The position numbers were made by a program, and so were the translations under genes. This document shows, piece after piece, positions 38,497 through 51,343 of a stretch of DNA of 64,000 nt. Numbering within the stretch: position 1 is the first letter of the stretch; each line of letters opens with the position of its first letter. This DNA is from Raja brachyura (Eukaryota): positions 32,364,001 to 32,428,000 of the forward strand of contig OY740782.1 of the NCBI GenBank assembly GCA_963514005.1. Direction: 5' to 3'. The notes under the pieces are model-generated. The model ran no database searches. It was given only the letters and a program-made list of their open reading frames with translations, and had not been told where the DNA came from.

Positions 38497-40370
38497 GGTC
38501 AGAACCTGCAGATTAACAAATTCATATGATCATGCAATGGATGAATTTCTTTTGTTACTGGTTGTGTCAACAGATTGTCGCAACTGGGAATTGTCATACA
38601 TGGTTTAACAATCATTTTAAGCATCAATGGGAACCATGACTGCGTAGGCCAATTTGGCACCACCAAAAATGCCTTTGCTATTTTCTTAAGACATTGCCCA
38701 ATCAGACAGAATGGGGGAAAAGCATAAAAGAACGTATTCCCTCAGTGTAGCAAGAAAGCATGCACCGCTACTGCCCCTGGATCGTGTTCCCAAGACATGT
38801 ATTTGGGCAATTGGTGATTCAATCTAGATGCAAACAGATCAATGTCCGGTACTCCATACTGACTGACAATATTTTTGAAAATTTGTGGATTTAACATCCA
38901 TTCTGTATTGCCTTAAAATATTTGTGATCTTTTGTCTGCCACAACATTGTCTCTCCCTGGGAGATAAATAGCTGAAAGCCAAATATTTTTACCAATACAC
39001 CATTGCCACATCTGGTTTACCAGATGATCACATGATATTGATCTGACACCACCCATGTGATTGATATATGCCACAGCTGTGGTATTGTCTATTTGTATTT
39101 GGACATGCAAATCTTTTAATGTAGAACAATAAGCTTTTAATCCATAAAATGCTCCCAGTAGCTCCAAATAATTAATACCATATGTTTGGAGCAATAAATC
39201 CTCTTGGACAGCCCATCTGCCCCCACAGCTGGTCTCATTATCCGTAGCCCCCCATTCGAGTGAACTTGCGTCAGTTTGCAAAAACACTACTGGCTGCTAA
39301 ACTAAAATGTTCTTAGTAGCTTGTGGAACATTCTCAACCCACCAATGCAATTCTGATAAGGCTTCCTTTGACAATTGCATTGGCCTATCAAAATGGCCTG
39401 CTTCTGCTGAATAAGTGCTTGAGTTTTTGCCCTTTGAAGATTTTGGTAATGTAGTGGACCAAATTCTACTGCTGGAAATGCTGCTACCAACTTCCCAATA
39501 ACCTTAGCAACTACTCGGATGGAGGGATAAGGTTTGTTAATCAGGTTCTGACACACATTTGTCAAATCTATCACCTTATCCATTGGTAAAGTTACCAATA
39601 TGGTAACTGAATTAATCAAAAACCCCAGCTATTCAATGGTTTGGGATGGCTGTAACTTAGATTTTGTTTGGATGAATCAGGAATCCCAATTTTTCAAACA
39701 AGTTTGTAGTTGCTGAGACTGATTTTTCAGCTGACTCCTGATTAGCATCGACAATTAAATGTCATCTAGATAAGCCATAACAACGTGTTTTTGTGCCCTT
39801 AGCTGGCTTCAACAATTTAGTGAACAATCTAGGTGCTGAACTTAATCCATTAGGTTAATGCTTTGTATTGCCACAGCTGTCCCATCCATTTAAACTTTAA
39901 ATACCTGCGAAAACTATGATGAATTGGGACCGAATAATATGCATCCTTCAAATCTATTGTAGCCATATAACAACCTGTTGATACCAGCTGCATTGCAGTG
40001 TTGAATGTGTCCATTTAAAAATGTTTATACTGGACAAATGTATTCAATTGTGTAAGATCTAAAATGATTCTACAACTCCCATCTTTCTTTGGTCTGGGGA
40101 AAATATTTGATACAAATTGATGTGGATCCTCTCCTGTTTTCTCAATAACTCCTTTCCCACACAAATTCTTAACCTCTTTGTCAATTTGAATTTTTTTCAA
40201 GAACTGAAAACATCAAAGAATGATTAGGCTTATTCTGTCCCAATGGATCCATACCTTCTACAAAATCAATGGTAGATCCTAACACAGTATCTAATACAAC
40301 ACGATCAGCTGTTATACTGTCCCATTCATTATAAAACATTCGGAGTCTACCACCAATCTGAGGTTCATCC
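38497..40370 (-). pseudogene. DIRS-B RT-RNase H-MT ORF (frameshifted)
   Basis: IGGRLRMFYNEW; IFPRPKKDGSCRIILDL; MAYLDD; LQTDASSLEWGA..IQIDNTTAVAYINHMGG; DIDLFASRLN; YAFPPF. Confidence 0.92.
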
Positions 40371-40439
40371 AAACATTCTTCTTTGATAGGATAAATTTTT
40401 TGTACCTCTCCAACTGGACGAATGATCTCCTTTTCCCAA

Positions 40440-41642
40440 TAAATGGGTGTACATTCGGCTGTGCTGGCTGGTAATTCTTTCTTATCATACTCCTGCCTCG
40501 TTGCTTGTTCCAGCTCCAAAATCAAATCCCCTTTTCATATGACCAGCCCTTCTCTGGCCAAAACTGAAGGGTTTCATAAGGCCAATAGTTTTTGCCTCTT
40601 CATCCATTTCTTTAATTTGTTTAGACAAATTTTCTCTGAACAAATAACCAGAAGTTTGAACATTGCTTGGCTTGCACAACCCTGCAAATCTTGGATGTAA
40701 CAGAGGCCGAATGGCAATCTTCCTCATACAATTTATCTCAAAAATGAGTTGCAGAATAAAGCCAACATATGCTTCTGAACTTTGGTCACTCCACAACTTT
40801 CCACTTATCTTCCAAAGGCAGTAATGCCAGCTGAAATCAGCTTGAGGATTCTTTGAAATCGAATCTCCTGCGCCCGCATCATCGATGACATTGGCGCCCA
40901 AATAGCCGGATTCACGGTAGGTACCTTCAATGAGGCACAATTAATAGGCGTTTTATACAATTCTGCTGTCTCAACCATAACAGCTTCTTGAAGCGGGTGA
41001 GAGACCATATAATCAATATTGGTCGCCAGGTTTTCTTCCATGGCCTCACCGCCTCCTCCAGGTATAGCAAACTTTGTGCCACATCAGGCACACCTGGGTC
41101 AATATATTTGTATTGTGGTGTGTACTCCGGACCGCAATCACCACTTTCAGGGTCTGTCTCATACAGCCCTGGTACTCCTGAAACTTGTTCAAGGAGAGTT
41201 CCTCCAGCCCAATCCCAGGCACTGGAGTTTCAAATTCCCAATTCAAACTGGCACCATATTCATGATATGGAACCCCCTCAGGGGCTGCCTGGGAATATTC
41301 TGGGTACTTAGACCCTTGGTTGATTATAGTTTGGAGCATTTTCTCCATTTGATCCATTCTGAGCCATAATGCTTTTCTTTCTGGACCTTCTGAATCAGAA
41401 TCCTCAAACCTCAGGCCTTTTAGCTTTTCTTTAACATTTTTTTTAGGCACTGGGTTTTCCTCCAAAGTTTCTGTTTGTGGAGCAATCAAAGCCTCACTAA
41501 CGGGTATTTCAACGGCCACCGGTATTGGAACCGGCTCCGCAATAATCTGCTGTCCCGACTTTTCTACACCCCGGGACGCACGTTTTACCCACAATTTAAA
41601 AAAAAAAAAGTATTTTAATTTAACTCCTCCTGGTTTACCCAC
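40440..41642 (-). pseudogene. DIRS-B gag-like ORF1 (frameshifted)
   Basis: ORF pieces 41046..41642, 40805..41041 and 40485..40940 are homologous to DIRS-A ORF1. Confidence 0.75.
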
Positions 41643-44600
41643 CAGCCTACGGAGTTTAGAAAACGCCCTGGAAGTAAAATAATTTTACTTACCTGCAGGC
41701 CGTTTCCTTACCGCTGTGTTGGAGCTGCGCTCTGCAGCTCTTCCTCTACCGATAGCGTCGACGTAATGCTGATCCAGCGCCAGGCGGGGCTTCTTCACGT
41801 AGTCACTCACGTGACTCCGAAGTAAAATACATGAAACCCTCGTTTTAACAGACCCCTTTATAATGCATTTCATTCATGGCAATCCAAATCTGTTGCAGAC
41901 CCACTTAGTTGTTTCATGGAATGGTCACTGGGTGGATAGAGCGAATGGTGTTTTTGAACCATTTTAGCTTTGGTTAGTTTAAAGATGGAAACACTGAATC
42001 CGTGCAGACCAGCGATCACCCCTACACTAGTTTGATCCTTCGCTGGTGACAATTCACACTGTGTAGGATAGAACTACCAAAGTGCGTCTATCTTAACTCC
42101 ACATAACTACTATAGTGGTTCTGTTTCCTTCCACATTACAAAGACAATTGTGTATTTTACTTTACTGTACTTTAATCTAACCAGGGGAACAGTTGATTAA
42201 TTTGTTCAAGTTTTTTTCCTTTAGGGAATAATTCAGATCTAGATCTGTGCTTGGAGCAATGACTCCCTTATTAAGGCCAATTGCAAGGCAAGGGTGTCCC
42301 AGAAACAATTACATTGCAATCTTTCATGGAAGTGGTTAATTTGTTAAAAGACACAAATATTACAATATTGAAATTTATTTTACCATTTAAAATATTAAAT
42401 TTTAATGTATCAAGATGGATATTTAGGTCAAATTGATTTTTCTTGTGCTGCCCAAATTGCTGCCATTCCAAACATGATCCATTGAACAAAACCATTCAAG
42501 TGAAAGTCTTTTATCTGTGGAACATCATGACTTTTCCAGAGACAATCTTTTATTAAACAAAGACTGGTGTCTTGCCAACTGGCTAAAAGACTCCTGTAAA
42601 TATTTAATGTGCTGGATCCTGAGATTTTGAACCAAATTGTAATTGCTTCTTCATTAGAAAACCACAGTTCCCATTCTCTTACTTTGAATGTTGTGAAAAC
42701 CAGTGAGAAAACATGATCACAATTTGCATGTACTAAATTTGAATAATTATGCCATTCACTTTAGTTCAACATTGGTGGAAGTCGTTCAATAATATTGCTG
42801 AGTTGACACTCTATCTTCTGCAGGAATTGATTATCTGGCTTGCTCTTCTCTTCTTCATTCAAGCATTCCAGGTAACTAATTATACTCCACGGCTGCTGTG
42901 GTGGAATTTGAACTTGGTCTCCAAATCCTTTGTCAAGGTGTCTGGGTTACCAGATGAGCAAATTCATGATTTCACAACCACCATAAAGTACAGTTTAGTA
43001 ATTCTAACATCTAATTTTGTAAAACCATAGGAACATCTATAGTAACCATAGCAAACAGCATTTAGAGATTTTGCAGGCTGCTCGGAATGCAAGGACAAAA
43101 TTAGAAGGAAATTTCAGTGGAGATCGTCTTGATTTGAATTTTATATTACAGAACCTGCAATCTTTGTCAAAAATAATTCATTTTTGGTCTAAGGGGTGGT
43201 GGCAATTTAGATTAAAAATATGGTTGAGGGAAGTTTTAGCAACAGTGCTGTGTCCAGTAAATGTCTGCATTTCCACATTATGTTCAAAATTGTGGCTATG
43301 ATTAAGGAGTTGAGTATGATACTTATAATTGATTTTGAAGAAGGAAGTTCTCGCCTGCAGGATGGCATCAACATATTGATTAGCCATGCTCAAAAGCAGC
43401 AACTGTAATTCAATCTAGAGGTATCTAGAGATTTGTAAAGACAACAGGATAAGGGGCAGACAATAAATGATTGGGAGAGTGTAGCAGACCTGGGATTTTT
43501 TGGAGAATCTCAATGGATGGCAAAACTAAAATGGGTAAATGGTGTCAGGATTATGACCTGTTTGGAGACATATAGGAGGTGAGATGCCATGCTAGAATTA
43601 AATACTGACCATAGCTAGAATACTGTGTACAATTCTGATCACCACATTACAGAAATAAATTATGGCATTTGACGGATCAGGGGAATGTATTAGCATGTTA
43701 TCAGGATTAGACATCTATAGATAATAGAGCAGACCAATTAAACTGGGGGTGAGGAGTTGGAACAAATGTAGCTAAGGCGACGTTCACGGTTCACTGCAGT
43801 TCTTGCGGTCTTGGGTCGAGCTGTTCCCAAACCAAACTGTGATGCCAACTGATAGTATGTTTTCTATGTAAAAATTGGTAAGAGTTGTTGGAGACACACC
43901 AAACCGCCTTAGTATCCTGAGGAGTTGGAGGCATTGGTGTGCTTGTATGGCTGGAGATTAAATGTTGTTTTTCTAGGGCAATTGTTCACGATATTTTAAG
44001 CTCTTGACCCCTTCCAATTTGGAGCCATTGATGCTGAATTACATTGATGATGATGTACTCTACATTTCTTCCTGAACTAGTTTCTTCATCTTGTTGACAT
44101 AGAAAGAGTCGATGGTCAGCACAGACATTGTGCGCTGAAGGGTTTGTCCTGTCCTGTCATGTTCTATATTTTATGTTCATTGAGTACCCTTGTGAAATTC
44201 TATGACTTGAAAATGTGTGCACATACCGTGAATAAATCCTTGGGCATCAATTTATGCTGTCAACCTTGCCATTGCTAGAAAGGCTTTGCATGGTGCTAAA
44301 ACCTTGTTTGCTGTGCAATAGTTTGCTGTAAAAAGCTTTCCTTAAGCACAGTTGGAAAATACTGATTGCTGGCAATGTTGTTAAACACTATAAATATTTA
44401 AAATAAGATTGTTGTTAAAGCATGCTCTTAAAAACAAAAGTTCAGCAAACCACCAGAACCATACCTTTAGGTATTGTGCATTTACACTAAAATCCCAACG
44501 TTGTTATTAGTTACTGCAGGATATCTTGTTTTGGCCACTGTGCAGGTCAGCAATGTGCTTTAGAGTTTCTTCTGGAAATGTAGGGATTTAAAGAAAATGA

Positions 44601-45572
44601 TAGTGTAGGCTTTTATTTCTGAAAGTATATTTTGCTTAATGCAGCAGTATTGTGTAGAGAGAAATATCAATAATTAAGGTTAAAATATGTTGTTACTTTG
44701 AATAGGAAATTTGCTGTTCTGAAGTTTACACTGTTTAGGAAATGCCTTTTTATAAATGTGTTTTAAATGTACCTAACAAAGTCAATGATTGAAAGACCGA
44801 TGGAATACAAATTGGATTTCAGAATCCTTAAAAACCATGATTATTGATTAAATTCAATTTAGATTGATAAGGAACAGTGTGATACTTTGGTGTGGTGTGG
44901 GTCCATTCCATTAGATATTTTATACATTTTATTTTTAAGAGATCCAGCCTAAGGCTAAACTCATTGATGGCATTTCTGTATAACAGATAAAAATGAGGTG
45001 AAAGATTACTTACAGATGAGTCTAAAATTCAATCAGAATAATTTTGCTAAAGGCGTTTTTTGTACTTTTATTTTTTTAAATTGTATCCTAGAAGTTGAAA
45101 TTTTGTACAAATGTAGATGAAATCTTTCTATTTTAGCTTCAAGTCATTACTTAAGATAAATGTTCAATCCTTTGACATTCAGTAAGTACTCTTTACTGAT
45201 AGAAAGGTCATGAGGTTGTCTTGGGCCATGTTCAAAATGGTTTCTTTTGCTGCTGTTCATCATTTGTAGCGTTCTCTTGTACTTAAAGAATCCTTAATCA
45301 AATGACTAATGATCATAACTCACATTGGCAGATATTTTGTTATTACTTAAGTTACACGTCCGTGTGAAATTAAAGCAGTGCAGAGATGATAACTTCTATA
45401 ACCTAACGAATGATGGAGTACAACATCTGGTCACCAATGTACAACAGCGTAAACTGACTGTGGGCTTGACCTGTGCTTGTCTGTAATTGATCACATGCAG
45501 AAACATGAGAAATGGTACTTTTTTAATACAATAAGTAATTTGTTATATCCAATCAGTCTATATTAAAACTGA

Positions 45573-45794
45573 AGGTAGACACAAAATGCTGGAGTAACTC
45601 AGCGGGACAGGCAGCTTCTCTGGAGAGAAGGAATGTATGTCGTTCCGAGTCGAGACCCTTCTTTAGACTGAAGAAGGGTATGACCCGAAACGTCACCCAT
45701 TCTTTTTCTCCAGAGATGCTGCCTGTCCCGCTGAATTACTCCAGCATTTTTTGTCTACTTTCAATTTTACCAGCATCTGCAGTTCTTTCGGACA
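45573..45794 (+). mobile_element. Short Penelope-derived element with inverted 5' arm and hammerhead core
   Basis: 14-bp TSD tatattaaaactga (45559-72, 45795-808); about 95-bp inverted arms; ctgaagaagggtatgacccgaaacgtc. Confidence 0.82.
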
Positions 45795-45926
45795 TATATT
45801 AAAACTGATGTAACATTATTCTGAATGACCGGTGGTCCTTCAATATAAAATCTCTGACGTGCCAACAAATTTGAAGAATACTTTGTCCCTATTAAATACG
45901 ATCATTGCAAACCTACGAAATGTGGT

Positions 45927-46161
45927 GGCCTGTCCCACTTTCATGACCTAATTAACGACCTTTTTTACTTGTGGACATTTTTCATCATGCTAGAAAAATG
46001 CCCCGACCTACCTGATGCCATGAGTATCTACGACTAGCATCGCGGCCTACTACAACCTACCTACAACCTCCTACGACCTCGTGACGACCATGCTGCAAGT
46101 ATGAGTCAAGGACAAACTCGGCAGACGTCACGAATTAGGTCGTGAAAGTGGGACAGGCCCT
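45927..46161. mobile_element. PIF/Harbinger-like MITE (about 235 bp)
   Basis: 27-bp TIR ggcctgtcccactttcatgacctaatt / aattaggtcgtgaaagtgggacaggcc. Left tip is degraded. Confidence 0.8.
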
Positions 46162-46509
46162 TTACCAATTCTTTACAGATGTTATTTTGCATTCAGAGGC
46201 AAGAGCCATCGTATTGCACCCAATGATGCACATCCATTTTGTTCCAAAGAGAGATTCACCATTCAGCTCGCATCATATGGTTATCCATAAAATAGTTAAT
46301 TTTGTATAATAGAACACAGAACATGTAACACAGGAAAATGTATGTCAGCCCATGTGCTTGTGCCAACCATGATGCCAATTTAAAATAACTCCATCTTCCT
46401 GAAAATGGTCCATATATTTTGTTTCCTGCTTGTCATGTAGCTGTCTAAATATTCTTAAATATTGCTCTGATCTGCTTCCACCCCCTCCATTGGCAGTGCA
46501 TTCCAGTCA

Positions 46510-46772
46510 CCTTTAGAGATGCAGCTGGAAACGGGCCTTTCTGTCCACCGAGTCCATGTTGAACAGTGATCACCTGGTACAGTATATCCTACACTTGGGG
46601 CAATTTACAATTTTTTTAAATTATCAAAGCCAATTAACCCTCAAACCTTTGCATATTTGGAGTGTGGGAGGAAACCGGAGCAGGAGGGAAACCCCACATG
46701 GTCACTCGGAGGACATACAAACTCTGTACAGACATCACCCATAGTCAGGAACCAGGGTGTCTGGTGCTGCCC
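46510..46772 (-). mobile_element. Diverged V-SINE inside an old CR1 remnant (about 46310-47150)
   Basis: ttggagtgtgggaggaaaccggagc..acccc, the reverse complement of the V domain. Confidence 0.7.
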
Positions 46773-47248
46773 CTAAATATCAAATACTAGAGTGCACAGG
46801 TACCTGACACCTATTCTCTGTAATAAACATCTCTCCTTGCAAATCACCTTTTAAACTTTTCCCTCATCTTAAGTCTGTATCCTCTAGTACATGCCATTTT
46901 TTCTACCCTTGGGTGGGGTAGACTAACAATTCACTGATCTATGCCTCTCATCATTTTATAAAGTTCTATTAGGTTCCCCCTCAACCTCTGGTGCTCCAGA
47001 GAAATCAATTCAAGACTGTACAAATGTCCTTATAGCTAAAACTCTCCAATACAGGCAATTGTCAAACGAACCTTATCCGTACCCTCTCTAACACCTCTAC
47101 ATCCTTTGTATAATATGGTGGTCAGCATGGCAAACAGTACTCCAACTTTGACCTACCCTACTCCAACTGTAACAAAACATCCCAACTTCATTTACTGCCA
47201 TTTACTGTTTTCTTTCCTGTTAAATGTGTCCTCCAAATGTGCAACATT

Positions 47249-47511
47249 TCATAGAAACATAGAAAATAGGTGCAGGAGTAGGCCATTCGGCCGTTCGAGC
47301 CTGCACCACCATTCAATATGATCATGGCTGATCATCCAACTCGGTATCCTGTACCTGCCTTCTCTCCATACCCCCTGATCCCATTAGCCACAAGGGCCAC
47401 ATGTAACTCCCTCTTAAATATAGCCAACGAACTGGCCTCAACTACCTTCTGTGGCAGAGAATTCCACAGATTCACCACTCTCTGTGATTCCACAGATTCA
47501 CCACTCTCTGT
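47249..47511 (-). mobile_element. Young CR1 3' fragment
   Basis: Tail catagaaacatagaaaatagg; 25-bp duplication at the 5' junction. Confidence 0.9.
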
Positions 47512-48534
47512 TTCACACTGGATTGGATTGAATGGAATTCGCCATTTCTCTACTCATATTTCCGACTTATTTATATCCAGCTTCGGCAACCTTCCTCACT
47601 ATCCCTAACTGTCATTTTTTTAAATTTCAACTGCCAACTTAAAAGAAAATAGCCTGAAACTTGACTGTCTGTGCCTGATCTGCAAAGTTACTGAAGCACT
47701 TTCTGTTCTACCTCTCAAAGTAAAAATTGTTACACATGACTAATGTTACAATTAGACTGCAAAAAATGTAATGAATAAAAGCTTTCAAACCGTTCCAGAT
47801 TTCCTGAAAATAGCCCAATTTCTATAAAGAATGCCAAATACAATGTGTTAGGTTTTGATGTATTATGATTCATAAAATTACCGCAAGGGTAACGTCACTT
47901 GTCTCTGTAATCTGTTTAAACGAGAACATAGAAGACATTAGGTATTGTGCTCGGAGTATATGAAGGGCCTTTGTTATTTTTACCAAATCTCCAGTGCTCC
48001 TTGGGAGTCAAATTTCTTCGAAGATGACATTTATGGAGGTGGCATGACTAATGACTTTCAGGAAAGGAATCGCATTTGTGACTCACTGGAGCAGAGCTTG
48101 GTAAATCAGCTAAGTTGACCATGAATCAAGGGCCACAATTAATATGGTGTGGGTTTGGATGTAAATTCAGCTTTGTAATCTTCACAAAACATGCAATAAC
48201 TAAACAGTAACCAAATATTTTGAGCTTTCATTGTTTGCTTGTACTTTCCTGACTACAGCAGGATAACAATTGTTTGGATCAGTTATACACTTGAGTGAAA
48301 GAGTTTTAAGTAGGAGAGAAGCATACGACCATAGGATTTTTTTCCTCCAATTTTTGAAATTAATGCCCTCGGAGGGCTCATGTGACAGAATGTTTAAAAT
48401 CAGACAGAAGGATTACATTTTTAATGATACAATGGGAGTGGAGTTTTTATTAACATTTATGTTTTTTAAAATTATCCTAATGGTGATTAATTGCTGTTAA
48501 AACTATCGCAGAAAGGAATCTTGTGTAAACTCTT

Positions 48535-48728
48535 GTTTAAGAGGGAAGTGCAGATGCTGGAAAATCGAAGGTAGACAAAAATGCTGGAGAAATTCAGCGG
48601 GTGAGGCAGTATCTATGGAGCGAGGGAAATAGGCAATGTTTCAAGTCGAGACCCTTCTTCAGATGTCTGAAGAAAGGTCTTGACCGGAAACGTTGCCTAC
48701 TTCCTTCACTCCATTAGTGCTGCCGCAC
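48535..48728 (-). mobile_element. Short Penelope-derived element with inverted arm
   Basis: 15-bp TSD cttgtgtaaactctt (48520-34, 48729-43); inversion centre cttcttcagatgtctgaagaa. Confidence 0.82.
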
Positions 48729-48830
48729 CTTGTGTAAACTCTTAATCAGTGTGGTTCAAAGAAAATATACTCTTAAATGTTGGCAGACTACTTATTTACA
48801 AATGGGACTTTTTCTACCCAACACTACATT

Positions 48831-48957
48831 TCTGAAGAAGGGGCTTGGCCCGAAATGTCAACCATTCCTTTTCTCCCGAGATTCTGCCTGTCCAGCTTAG
48901 TTACTCCAGCTTTTTGTGTCTATCTTCGGTTTAAACCAGCATCTGCAGTTCCTTCTT
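48831..48957 (+). mobile_element. Short Penelope-derived element
   Basis: Starts at tctgaagaaggggcttggcccgaaatgtc; imperfect TSD acactac(a/t)tt. Confidence 0.75.
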
Positions 48958-50808
48958 ACACTACTTTTCAGCAGCTGTTTTTGTCTTTTCACTAACAGAT
49001 ACTAAGGCAAGCTGTGGTGTCAGAACCACTAATTATTCAGTAGTTATCTTGGGGCCCATGATTATTCTTTTTTACAGTTTATTTATTACCCTGTCCCATT
49101 AAAGTAGCTTACTTGTCCATATTGAGAGATCTTAATAGATCAAGGTTTCCTAAAAAAGTTGTATTAATATCCAAAATGGCGACATAATGCAGTGATATCT
49201 AAAAAAACCCTCTAAATCAAGCAAAGTTCAGCATTGAATGAGGATGAGAAATAGCTCATCCTCAGCACTTAACTAGTTTATAGAGCCTATGATATATAGC
49301 AGAATTAATTCTAAAAAAGGAATTAAATTGAAAGACAAGAACAAATGTAATACTGAAAAGCCATACATGGACATTGATGAGGGTATTTTCCATGCTTTGT
49401 CTGTGTTTGTGGTTAGTGTTGTGGCCTCTAGCCAAAAATTGTGGAATACCTTTCATTGAATTCTGAGTACAGTTAACTTATGGAGATAAGTTTTGAACTG
49501 CACCTTCAAATACTCAGTGTAATGGATAGAAATGCCATCAAGAATACTGAATACTGTAGCTGTGTTGTTCTTTACATAAATGTCCATGCAATATGGCACA
49601 TAGAAACTATCCTTTAGCCCTGCTTGTCAGTTCCACAAGCTTCCTCTTACCCTGTTCTCATTTCGCCCCCATAACGTTTCTCTTCTGTGCCTACATTGAG
49701 GTTTCACTTTTTGACTGCTCTATGTGGCAGAATTTTATGTTGTTATAATTTTTATTTTTATGATTTTAATATACAACACAAATGATTCCTTAAATCCATA
49801 ACCTTGTTTTCGTGCCCCCCAGTTCCACACTTGCATATAAATCTGAATACCTTTGCTTGCTAAGCAGTGACACCTGTTAAAAATAACCCAAAGGTGAATG
49901 CCACGTGAATATGAGGTTTTGTGACCTCCATGTTACTTGTTGATGTTTGATACCCAAATTACTTAAAGTATTGAAGGAGAATGAGTACCTGTGTTTGACA
50001 AGACCACTTCTGACCAAATAGATTAAGTGGTTGTGTCAAGACCATACCTGCTGTTATTTACCAATTGTGTTAATTCCCCCTCTGACCAAAAATAGCCGAG
50101 GATAGCATTCAAATCATGCACACACAAGTCACAAGGTGATAAAGAAAATAAAGAAGACCATGTAGACTTCTCCGATGATCTTCTGTAAAGAACCCACAGC
50201 CCTTCGCTCTCACGATATGCATCTATTAATGGACATATTCATTTGATAGTTTCTTAAAATTGGTGTCTTCCACATCTAGAAACTTGTCTGTTCTGGCAAA
50301 ATCATATTTATGGAGACACGAGGAATTGCAGATGTTGGAATTTTGAGCACAACACAAAATGCTGGTGTAACTCAGTAGGTCAGCCATCATCTGTGGAAGG
50401 ATTGGATTGGCATTGCTTTGGTTTAGGACCTTATAGTTTCAAGAACCCTCTTTGCCCGAAATGTCACCTATCCAAAATCATATTTATGTTTGTTACTTAT
50501 CTGTTAATTGACCTTTGTGCTATTTAGTTATTGTGTACTTTGCAAGACTTATTTTTCCTGTTAATAATTGAAGTTAAATACTATTATTCATGCGTTTAAG
50601 AAGGTATTGTTTTTGGAGATATATTGAATTTGGAGTGATGAGTACCAAGTGGCAATGACATCTTTCTTCATCTTTTGATAAAAAAGACATAGTCTTGTGT
50701 AATTTACTGATATGATTTACCTGTGGTACATGATGACCCAGTATTATTGATATTGTACAGAATGAAATGTATTTCTACACATGGAGAACAAATTACAACA
50801 TTCTACAC

Positions 50809-50930
50809 CGTTTCGACTGGAAACATTGCCTATTTCCTTCGCTCCATAGATGCTGCCTCACCCACTGAGTTTCTCCAACATTTTTGTCTACCTTCAATTT
50901 TCCAGCATCTGCAGTTCCTTCTTAAACAAG
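50809..50930 (+). mobile_element. Short Penelope-derived element
   Basis: 9-bp TSD attctacac (50800-08, 50931-39); same family as 48535-48728. Confidence 0.75.
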
Positions 50931-51234
50931 ATTCTACACACTTACTTGTCTTCAGGTGGTTAAAGGTGGCAATGGGATCACTTTAAATGAGCTGGACTAT
51001 TTAGTTTAATTGAAGTTTAAATTATTCCAAATGATTTTGTTTCATTGAGGTTTACACTGTTTGCAAGTGTTTGTGCAATTGGGCACATAAACCAAAACAG
51101 TTAATTGTGTATCACAATCTCAAGCAGATCAAATGTTTAGAAACTGAAAAAAATTATTTCAGTATAAATCGGATTAAAAACCCATGAAATAAAATTAAAG
51201 TGACGTTATTTCTATTTGGGGAAGAGAAGAAACA

Positions 51235-51343
51235 TGGAGGGTCTCGACCCGAAATGTCACCTTTTCCTTTTCCCCAGGGATGCTGTCTGTGTCCAGCTTT
51301 TGTGTCTTCTGTTTAAACCAGTATCTGCAGTTCCTTCCAACAC
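51235..51343 (+). mobile_element. Short Penelope-derived element
   Basis: agggtctcgacccgaaatgtcacc...atctgcagttccttcc. Confidence 0.7.

Larger units (their letters stand above)
36938..41827 (-). mobile_element. DIRS1-like tyrosine-recombinase retrotransposon, full length (4.9 kb), ORFs decayed (DIRS-B)
   Basis: ITRs 37009-37044 / 41766-41801; ICR 37179-37290; gag, RT, RNase H, MT and YR remnants on the minus strand. Confidence 0.96.
36840..42903. repeat. Inverted segmental duplication, copy B (interrupted by DIRS-B)
   Basis: 36840-36937 joined to 41828-42903 equals the reverse complement of 11954-13685 minus its CR1. Confidence 0.92.

Noticed and set aside
47995-48100. Possible host exon (ag..APWESNFFEDDIYGGG..gt)
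   Set aside because: No recognisable protein similarity and weak splice context; such frames arise by chance.
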